From positions 32,001 through 96,000 of IMG/VR virus record IMGVR_UViG_3300043788_000060: 64,000 nucleotides of DNA; one strand, 5' to 3'. This document shows positions 6,852 through 14,452 of the stretch, one piece after another. The DNA is from a virus. The notes under the pieces were generated by a model. It did no database searches. It was not told the origin of the DNA and saw only the letters and a program-made list of their open reading frames with translations. Made by a program: the position numbers and the translations under genes. The first letter of the stretch is position 1; each line of letters begins with the position of its first letter.

Positions 6852-8945
6852 ATGACGAGTAATTTTGACGAGATCGTATCCCAATTTGGAAAACCGTCTG
6901 AAATTCCTCACGATGTTTTGTATGAGTTTCTTGCGGCCAACAAGCAGAACATCGTCAATATGTCCAAATTGGGGGCCGACCATGTTCCCAATTCCTTGTT
7001 AGGTAGGGAAGTTCGGAGAAGAAGTCAGGCCGATCTCAAGTGGCTATCCAAATATTTTTTGTGGGATGCCTTATCCGCCAGCGACGGTGGAACCAAGCCA
7101 ATAAGTGAGAACATCTTCCTCGACCCTGTCTACGACATCTTTTCTGAGTTATTTGTCAAGAAAGACCCCAATGTTGCAATACAGGATTTGAGCCCAGTTA
7201 AGACTCGTCTTTTGCTGTGGCCCAGAGGCGGGGCAAAAAGCACTTACGACTGCATTGATACGGCTCAATGGATTCTCTGCTTTCCGACAATAAGAATCCT
7301 ATTTCTGACAGGCGAAGCCACTCTTTCGAAAGGTTTCATTTCAGAGCTAAAAGGCGTTTTTTCGCTGCGTGAGGAAGAACCCACTCTGATCAATTTGTTC
7401 TTCCCTGAGCACTGTTGCTTGCTGAAGGACATGGGCGCTGGAAATGTCTTTACAACACCAGCCTACAAGAAGAAGAAAACGGGACGCAAAGAACCCACAG
7501 TTGTAGCCTCTTCGGTTGGAAAGACAAAAAGCGGTTGGCATTACGAAGTCATCAAGGCCGACGACGCCGTTTCAGACAAGAATACAGAGACTTTGGAACA
7601 ATGCGTTTCGGTTTCTGAAAAACTATTCCTTGCTGAGAAACTTCTGATCCCCGGTGGATATTACAAAGATTACGTAGGAACTCGCTATGCCGAGGAAGAC
7701 CACTACGGCGTTCTGCTCGAAAAGTATCTAACCGTAGGAAAGATAGAAACTATCTCAGGAGTAGGCTGGGTTTTCACCCACAACGACACCTTCAACATCA
7801 ATATCTTGGTTGGACGGGCCTGTCAGATCAAATCGGAAGTCGAAGACAGACTCCGCAGAGAAGGTAAGATTGTAAATTACATAGAGGCGGGAGAAGATGG
7901 CTGTATCCTGCTCCTGCCTTTGAAGCAGCCCTACTCGTGGTTGATGGGTGAATTTACCAACAACGAGAAAGTTTTTGAAGGCCAGCTAAATCAGAATCCT
8001 AGAATCGCCAGTCAACGCGGCTTCAATCGAATCTCTCTTATCAAAGCCACAATTCCCTACAACATGCTCCCCCGGACCGGTCCTGTTTCGCAATTCTGGG
8101 ATTTGAGTTTTAGCCAAAAGAAGGGCACCGATTACTGCGTGGGTAGTTCGGTCATGTGGGGGGAAGAAGATGTCATCGATCTTCAAGGAAAGAAGACAGG
8201 CGGGAAGAAAACCGTCGGTTACGTCCGCAAGATAATTCGGGATCGGTTTAACCCGTTTACAGCCGCCCAAGCTATTGTCCAATTAGTTGTCGAGGAACGT
8301 CCTTTTGTTCTGGGCATCGAAGACGCGGGCGGCTCGAAGAACCTCGAACCGGCTATTCAGGCCGAGGCGTATAAGACCCAAGATTCGCACGTTATCGCAG
8401 TTTGTACCCACATCAATTGGGTAACCCCAAGTAACCAATTCGACGCCAAGCGAATTCGTATGGGCAGTTTGATTCCGTGGGTTGAAGAAGGCAGACTAAA
8501 ATTCGCCAACTTCTGCATGGAGCCAAAATACCCTACATTAGACATAATGTACGAGGAATTCATCGCTTGTCTGTCGAGTCATCATCACGATGACATTCCG
8601 GACAACTTGGGGTACCAACCGCTGTACGCCCCCCAAGCAACCCAAGCGATTGTCGAAAATAATGTCAGCATGTTTTACCGGGTCGATCAGCAAGGTTGGG
8701 GTCAGATTTACGATCAAGGATTTAATCCAGACGCCGGATCGGTCTACACTTTGGGCAATGACGGCAGTTTGCAACCCCACCAGAGAACTCAGGCCACGAA
8801 ATATATGCTGGATGACAGCGGCAAATTAGTTCCTTTGGATGAACCGTACCAACCAATCAATGATGATTGGTCGCCGGAGCCTGAAGTCAGGGGAGATACC
8901 CCGTATCAGATGCCAAATGTCTTGGGGATTGGAATTTTTGGATGA
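6852..8945 (+). CDS. terL: terminase large subunit
   Basis: Walker A PRGGAKST, Walker B IKADD, coupling motif VGTRY, nuclease residues WDLSF and HDDIPD. Confidence 0.93.
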   Translation: MTSNFDEIVSQFGKPSEIPHDVLYEFLAANKQNIVNMSKLGADHVPNSLLGREVRRRSQADLKWLSKYFLWDALSASDGGTKPISENIFLDPVYDIFSELFVKKDPNVAIQDLSPVKTRLLLWPRGGAKSTYDCIDTAQWILCFPTIRILFLTGEATLSKGFISELKGVFSLREEEPTLINLFFPEHCCLLKDMGAGNVFTTPAYKKKKTGRKEPTVVASSVGKTKSGWHYEVIKADDAVSDKNTETLEQCVSVSEKLFLAEKLLIPGGYYKDYVGTRYAEEDHYGVLLEKYLTVGKIETISGVGWVFTHNDTFNINILVGRACQIKSEVEDRLRREGKIVNYIEAGEDGCILLLPLKQPYSWLMGEFTNNEKVFEGQLNQNPRIASQRGFNRISLIKATIPYNMLPRTGPVSQFWDLSFSQKKGTDYCVGSSVMWGEEDVIDLQGKKTGGKKTVGYVRKIIRDRFNPFTAAQAIVQLVVEERPFVLGIEDAGGSKNLEPAIQAEAYKTQDSHVIAVCTHINWVTPSNQFDAKRIRMGSLIPWVEEGRLKFANFCMEPKYPTLDIMYEEFIACLSSHHHDDIPDNLGYQPLYAPQATQAIVENNVSMFYRVDQQGWGQIYDQGFNPDAGSVYTLGNDGSLQPHQRTQATKYMLDDSGKLVPLDEPYQPINDDWSPEPEVRGDTPYQMPNVLGIGIFG

Positions 8946-9307
8946 GACTAGAAGTCCGAATATACGATGACGCCGAACAAGTAGTAGCTGAATACAAAGG
9001 CGATCCCTGTCAACCGGGACAGTGGAGGGCACAAGTTGGTAAGACGGTGAAAGGCAAGATGCCCAGACAATCGGACCAAGATAACAGCGGAACCTACGAG
9101 TTGCACGGGTTTACTTACCAGCCGCACCTTCAGGTAGAAAGACCTAACGGATACACAGCCCCGCAACCCAATCCGAATAATGGACAGGTTCCGACGAATC
9201 CTTTTGCGGGTCTTCCAAAATATTTTCAACCAAAATCTTCGTGGGGTCCGGTTTCCCCGACAGCATCACCCGCGCCTAGCGCGAACAACTTAAACAGAGG
9301 TTTGTAA
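8942..9307 (+). CDS. hypothetical protein
   Basis: ATGA overlap with terL. Confidence 0.65.
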   Translation: MRLEVRIYDDAEQVVAEYKGDPCQPGQWRAQVGKTVKGKMPRQSDQDNSGTYELHGFTYQPHLQVERPNGYTAPQPNPNNGQVPTNPFAGLPKYFQPKSSWGPVSPTASPAPSANNLNRGL

Positions 9308-9308
9308 A

Positions 9309-9650
9309 ATGAGCACAGATAGCGCAATGGGCGGACTTATAAAACTTGGGGGCAACCTCGAAAATCCGCGTGATTCAAAAGCACAAGACTGGCCCAACGT
9401 TGGAGCCTCGGGTCCAGCCGGTCAAGAATCCGGTCGCAACCAACTCGTCAAGCAGACGACCGAACAAGAAGGTCCGATGCACACGCAGGACTCCGGAGAC
9501 ATGACGCCCAGCGTGTGGGGTAAGGCAGATTTTCCGGTAGGTAAGTCCAAAGGAGAATCCGGGTCGTCTCCGTCTGCGGTTTCGATTAAGGGCAGCATCG
9601 ATTGTTCTACAGGTCAGATGGTTCCGAACGCTGTAGACCAGACATACTAA
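9309..9650 (+). CDS. hypothetical protein
   Basis: 113-aa ORF contiguous with its neighbours. Confidence 0.65.
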   Translation: MSTDSAMGGLIKLGGNLENPRDSKAQDWPNVGASGPAGQESGRNQLVKQTTEQEGPMHTQDSGDMTPSVWGKADFPVGKSKGESGSSPSAVSIKGSIDCSTGQMVPNAVDQTY

Positions 9651-9779
9651 TGACATCAAAATCTACCCCATGTTCGGAGAAAACACCCAAGCAGCCTTGG
9701 TATAAGAAACTTATACAGGCTATTGGAACTGCGATTGGGAACGCGAAGTTTGGTCAATAACTCGAACGTGAAGGCATAA

Positions 9780-11855
9780 ATGGCGATACTTCCGGAACCA
9801 CAATTTAATGTCCATTCGGAGATTACTCCGAAAGAGGCAAAAGGATTTGTCGCTACTGGCGTATGGGCCGATGACCCAGCCGCTAAACTTGTGGTTCAAG
9901 ATGCCGAGAGAGCGGAAAAAGGAGAGCAGAGCCGCGCTTGGATAATGGCGTGGCAATCGGCTTCCACCCTCTATCAGTCACCTTTTTCGCCACGCTACTG
10001 GCCGGGGACGCAATCTGAAGCTGCCTCAATTAGCTTCTTCACGGTTGCCTGCGCGGTAAATGGAATCAATCCACAAGCCCTTGCGGGTTTATTCTATGAA
10101 AATCCGCCCTTTATGATACAAGAGCGCAGCGGAACAACCGCACAAGCTGCCCGCGCTGTATCTGCATTACTTCAGTATCAACTCGAAGATATCAATTTCA
10201 GAGAAGAACTGAGACTGGGTTCGATGAACTGTCTGCTTTTTGGAACAGCGATGTTCCAAGAAGGCTGGGAAAAGTTTACCTGCGAACGGAAGATCATCAA
10301 GAGGAAAAACCCCTCGGTTAAAATCCCGAGTTCGATTCCCGGGGTGCCTTCGTCTACAATCTCGGACGATGAGCTAGAAGAAGAAGTAATTGAAGAGGTC
10401 GTAGACCGGCCCACCTTCGAGCACATCGTAAATCTCAGAGAAGTTCTCGTCGATCCGGGTTTGCAAGTTCCGGATATCCGCAAGGCGAAGTACGTTGTCC
10501 GTCGTCGGTACATGACATGGGATGACCTCGACAAACTTCGCGACCGAGACGGATATACAATTCCTTCCCGGGACAAATTGATCGAACTGTTCCTGCCCCC
10601 GCAGGAACCAGTAGAGCCAGCCCTAAATGAAGAAGGCGGACGCAACCCGCTTTGGGAAGCAAAAGCCGAACCACGTTGGGAACCAACCACCGTCGATCCG
10701 ACTCAGCAACCATTAGAAGTCTTAGAACGGTGGGACAACAAAACCTACATCGTAGTCCTTCAAAAGAAGGTCGTGATTTTCAACGACCGGAATGTCTATG
10801 GTAAGATTCCGTTTCTCTCAATCGGCTGGTGGGATATCCCCGGTGCTTTTTGGTCGATGGGGCTGGGCCGTACTATCGGAACAGAGCAAAGACTCCAGTC
10901 CGGAATTACCAACCTTGTAATTGACAACGCCTCGCTGAACCTGAACATGCCGATGGTTCGCGTCCGTGGAAAATCGATCCCGACCCAGAACATCAGAATC
11001 GGTCCGGGCAAGATCATCGAAGTCGATGCTCAAGGAGACATGGCTCCGCTTATGCGGTCGGCCCCAGTCCCCGAGGCAGGTGAACTTCTGGCTATGTCCC
11101 AAGGCCGCGTGGACATGGTGTCCGGAAACCCGGTTACCTCAAGAGGCGACGTAGGCTCAAGCGGTCACTCCAACATGGCCCGTAGTTCCGCCGGGGCATC
11201 CGGAATTCTGGCAGGAGCGAACACCCCGATTTCGGATTTCATCGACAAACTTGCTAACCAAGTTATCATACCGTTCCTATATGATTGTCAAGAGATGAAC
11301 CGGTCGATGCTGCCGCTAAGTCAGCTTGACTACATCATGTCCGACGAGTTGAAACACGAGTATGTCACAAACGGCGGGGACCTGATTGACATCCTGAACG
11401 CCAAGGTGAAGTTCCAAATTCTGGCGGGCAGCAAAATGACTACTCGCCGGAACATGGCTCAGGGTCTACCACAACTTACAGCTTTTCTCGCCCAACCCGC
11501 TGTCTTAGAACAGCTAGCGGTAGAGGGAAAGAAAGTCGATGTAAACGAAATTGTAAGGATGTGGTTCGAGGCATCCGAGTGGAAGAACATGAACGACGTA
11601 GTCGTCCCGATGACCCCGCAGGACTTGCAGAGACAGCAGCAACAAAGTCAAGGAGGTCAGAATGAGCAGAAGTTCTTGCAGCAGCAGGCATTGATCGCGC
11701 AGAAAGCACAACTTCAATCTCAACAGGCAGATGCGGACAATATTGCAAGGGCCAGCAGGGACGTTTTAAGGGAAGGCTTTAAAAAGGCAGTCGAACCGGA
11801 GGAATTAACAGGAGAGGTAAATACCTCTGGTTCCGGCTTCGGAAGCGTACTATAA
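9780..11855 (+). CDS. portal protein
   Basis: 691 aa between terL and scaffold; GKIPF...PGAFWSMGLG, NLVIDNASL and RSSAGAS motifs of podovirus-type portals; Q-rich C-terminal barrel. Confidence 0.88.
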   Translation: MAILPEPQFNVHSEITPKEAKGFVATGVWADDPAAKLVVQDAERAEKGEQSRAWIMAWQSASTLYQSPFSPRYWPGTQSEAASISFFTVACAVNGINPQALAGLFYENPPFMIQERSGTTAQAARAVSALLQYQLEDINFREELRLGSMNCLLFGTAMFQEGWEKFTCERKIIKRKNPSVKIPSSIPGVPSSTISDDELEEEVIEEVVDRPTFEHIVNLREVLVDPGLQVPDIRKAKYVVRRRYMTWDDLDKLRDRDGYTIPSRDKLIELFLPPQEPVEPALNEEGGRNPLWEAKAEPRWEPTTVDPTQQPLEVLERWDNKTYIVVLQKKVVIFNDRNVYGKIPFLSIGWWDIPGAFWSMGLGRTIGTEQRLQSGITNLVIDNASLNLNMPMVRVRGKSIPTQNIRIGPGKIIEVDAQGDMAPLMRSAPVPEAGELLAMSQGRVDMVSGNPVTSRGDVGSSGHSNMARSSAGASGILAGANTPISDFIDKLANQVIIPFLYDCQEMNRSMLPLSQLDYIMSDELKHEYVTNGGDLIDILNAKVKFQILAGSKMTTRRNMAQGLPQLTAFLAQPAVLEQLAVEGKKVDVNEIVRMWFEASEWKNMNDVVVPMTPQDLQRQQQQSQGGQNEQKFLQQQALIAQKAQLQSQQADADNIARASRDVLREGFKKAVEPEELTGEVNTSGSGFGSVL

Positions 11856-11914
11856 CCGTCCGAATAATGGACCAACAACTTCCCGTAAGTGAGGATTTCA
11901 CTTAGGAGTTCAGA

Positions 11915-12229
11915 ATGTTTAAGTGGATCAGAAGAAAGTTTTTGGAACTAAACGCAGAGGCGCTTCGCACCAATAACGCCGAGCGTCTGGCCCAACGTTT
12001 TCCTTTAGAAGACCAAATAGATGACTACGCAGATCATCAAATAGCATGGTTGCTTCGTGCTTCCTCGGAATATCGAGCCGCTAAAAAAGACCCGAACGCT
12101 TTCGTTGAAAAATATTTCTCCGAAAAGATCAAACCAATCAAACCCTATGTCGATTCGTGGACGCAGGGTTTGTTAGTGGAGTATCCCGACAAATATACCC
12201 GGTATTACGAAGACCCGGAGGACGAGTAA
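11915..12229 (+). CDS. hypothetical protein
   Basis: AGGAG SD, 104 aa. Confidence 0.65.
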   Translation: MFKWIRRKFLELNAEALRTNNAERLAQRFPLEDQIDDYADHQIAWLLRASSEYRAAKKDPNAFVEKYFSEKIKPIKPYVDSWTQGLLVEYPDKYTRYYEDPEDE

Positions 12230-12412
12230 ATGACCGGTTTCGTCCAAGCCAAACCCGACAAATTCAACAGCTTCTCATCCTCGGAATATGACAACCTTAC
12301 CGATGACCAACTTGCCGAACTTCTTCGCCAATGCAAAGTCAACGTTTCCCCGCAGCTAAAACCGCAGTCCCCGAAATACACGGACCTAGACAGGCTGGTG
12401 GGCAGTGAGTGA
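12230..12412 (+). CDS. hypothetical protein
   Basis: Fills the gap between adjacent genes. Confidence 0.5.
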   Translation: MTGFVQAKPDKFNSFSSSEYDNLTDDQLAELLRQCKVNVSPQLKPQSPKYTDLDRLVGSE

Positions 12413-12779
12413 AACTCCTAATGGCCTGCCGATTTTCGCCGATCCAGAGCAGGATTTATCCCAACTCGAAGCCCAGCTAGACCTGTTTGAAAAAGGCCGC
12501 AAATTGCGGAAGTTCGTGCTCGATCCTGACTGGGAAATTGTCGTGCAGGTTCTCAGAGACTACCGGGACAAATATCGGGACGCGCTGATTGCTCTGCCGC
12601 CCGGGACTCCGCATGTTTTGCAGTCCCACGCCGCTGCGTCTGCTTCAAACGATATGTTTACCTTTTTCCAGCAGGACATAGACAACGCGATTGAAATCGC
12701 CAATAACCCCCCACCGGAATTGAAGAACCATATACGGGGAATTCGCAAGGCTGTAGAAGAAGCGCAGGGCGGCATTTAA
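12405..12779 (+). CDS. small helical head-module protein
   Basis: Position after the portal; PDWEIV motif; helical composition. Confidence 0.6.
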   Translation: MSETPNGLPIFADPEQDLSQLEAQLDLFEKGRKLRKFVLDPDWEIVVQVLRDYRDKYRDALIALPPGTPHVLQSHAAASASNDMFTFFQQDIDNAIEIANNPPPELKNHIRGIRKAVEEAQGGI

Positions 12780-12997
12780 TGAGGTCGCATACACATTGCT
12801 GCTTTTGCGGAGCGTACAACGCAAAGGACCCGGTAGGATATGCCGGAGAACGCGCTTGTTACGTATGTGGGCACGGGGGTCAAGGGGAGGGTAGACTCCC
12901 CGTAATGGCCTCGGATTCTTGGGAAAAAGTTGATTTCTACGGATACGTCCCCAACTATCTACCACCTCTCGAAGGCAACGAAAATAAAATCTATTAG
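12779..12997 (+). CDS. Zn-finger hypothetical protein
   Basis: CCFC and CYVC; TAATG overlap with the previous gene. Confidence 0.55.
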   Translation: MRSHTHCCFCGAYNAKDPVGYAGERACYVCGHGGQGEGRLPVMASDSWEKVDFYGYVPNYLPPLEGNENKIY

Positions 12998-13017
12998 TCC
13001 GCTCCTCGGAAGGAAAA

Positions 13018-13239
13018 ATGAAAGCACCATTAGCATATCTTGGACATTGGAGAGACAAAGAAGTATCTCGTTTAACCCTTTTGGCCCAGAAAACCGAGAA
13101 TGGCTATGAGTTCGAATATCATATCGCAGAAGACCTCGGAACAGCCTCTGGCAACCACGAAGTTGCTTCCTTTTTCGGATCAATAGTTCCTGCTATCGAG
13201 AAAGAATTTTCAAAACAATTTAGTAAACCGTCCGAATAA
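13018..13239 (+). CDS. hypothetical protein
   Basis: AAGGA SD; its stop lies within a copy of the 15-bp motif. Confidence 0.55.
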   Translation: MKAPLAYLGHWRDKEVSRLTLLAQKTENGYEFEYHIAEDLGTASGNHEVASFFGSIVPAIEKEFSKQFSKPSE

Positions 13240-13287
13240 TGGACAAACCACACCCCGTGATAGAGGATTTCTATCGAGGAGCAAGTA

Positions 13288-14436
13288 ATGGCAAAACCTG
13301 TAATCGATCCGTGGCTTCTAAACGCCGACGGAACCCCAGACCCCTTTTCACAAGCCGTAGACTACGGCATGACCGCGAAAGACGAAGTCGATCCGGACCT
13401 ACAACCTATTGAACCGCACGGCGGGCTCGATCCACAGATCATCGCCAACCAGCCACCAGCCCCGAGCGAAGAAACACCAGTAGAAACACCGCCCGCTCCC
13501 GTCGTTGAACCGGAGCCAGAAGGTCCCGAAGTTTTCGAACTGCCGAACGGCGGCACGGTAACCCGCACCAAGGAAAAAGGACAATGGAAGGCCGTCCTCG
13601 ACCCGGGCACCGGAGCAAACCCCGAAGTATTCTGGGGCAAGAACAAGGATGAGCTTTTGGTAAGCGTACTCACGGGGAAGCTAGAGGCTACCAAAAAGAT
13701 TAGGGAGTTGAACAAAAAGGTAAAGCTGACCGCTCCCGCTGCTCCGAGACAAGTTCAACAGCCGCCCCAACCGTCTGTCCGCGATCTTACCGCCGACGAA
13801 TCATTTGAGATCAAGGCCCTCTGGGACTCAAACCCCGCCGCCGCCCTCGATCTTCTTGTCAAAAAGCGGACAAACCTCACTCTTGAAGACTTGGTGGCAA
13901 AAGCCAATAGGGGCGACCAAGCCAACATCAGTCTGGAAACCGAGGCAATTACTCGGGAATTCATCGAAAAGAATCCAGACTACTACACTGACCCAAGGAA
14001 CGCCGATGCGTTTCTCAAATGGTTGGCAAAATTCAAACTCGGCAAGAACGTCACGGAAACCAACTCGGGAGAAATACTTACCGAACTTTGGACATCCGGT
14101 AACTTCACTGTCGAAAATCTTGAGGAAGCGTTCCAAGACCTGACCGACGATGGATTATTGGTCAAGCCACGTCTTCCCAAAACACCTCCGCCGGTAGAGG
14201 TTCTACCAGAACCGGTACCTGCGCCAGCGCCCCCGAACACACGGATTGTGAAGACGGAGACGCGCCCGCGAGCGGCACTAGGAATCAGGAACAGCGATGT
14301 ATCAGCTACACCGCCTCCTCAAACTCCGACTGCGCCCACAGACGAGGACCTAGAGAATCTTCCTGACGAACAGATCAGCGCATTGCTGAGAGGCGTTCGC
14401 AAGATGAAAGCTCAACAGGCCCGGCGCTCTAACTAA
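13288..14436 (+). CDS. capsid scaffolding protein (putative)
   Basis: Acidic/Pro-rich protein directly upstream of the major capsid gene; GAGGAG SD. Confidence 0.72.
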   Translation: MAKPVIDPWLLNADGTPDPFSQAVDYGMTAKDEVDPDLQPIEPHGGLDPQIIANQPPAPSEETPVETPPAPVVEPEPEGPEVFELPNGGTVTRTKEKGQWKAVLDPGTGANPEVFWGKNKDELLVSVLTGKLEATKKIRELNKKVKLTAPAAPRQVQQPPQPSVRDLTADESFEIKALWDSNPAAALDLLVKKRTNLTLEDLVAKANRGDQANISLETEAITREFIEKNPDYYTDPRNADAFLKWLAKFKLGKNVTETNSGEILTELWTSGNFTVENLEEAFQDLTDDGLLVKPRLPKTPPPVEVLPEPVPAPAPPNTRIVKTETRPRAALGIRNSDVSATPPPQTPTAPTDEDLENLPDEQISALLRGVRKMKAQQARRSN

Positions 14437-14452
14437 ACAACAAGGAGTAACC

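Noticed and set aside
6852-8945. Intein in terL
   Set aside because: No C/S…HN splice motifs or LAGLIDADG blocks; the extra length is a low-complexity C-terminal tail
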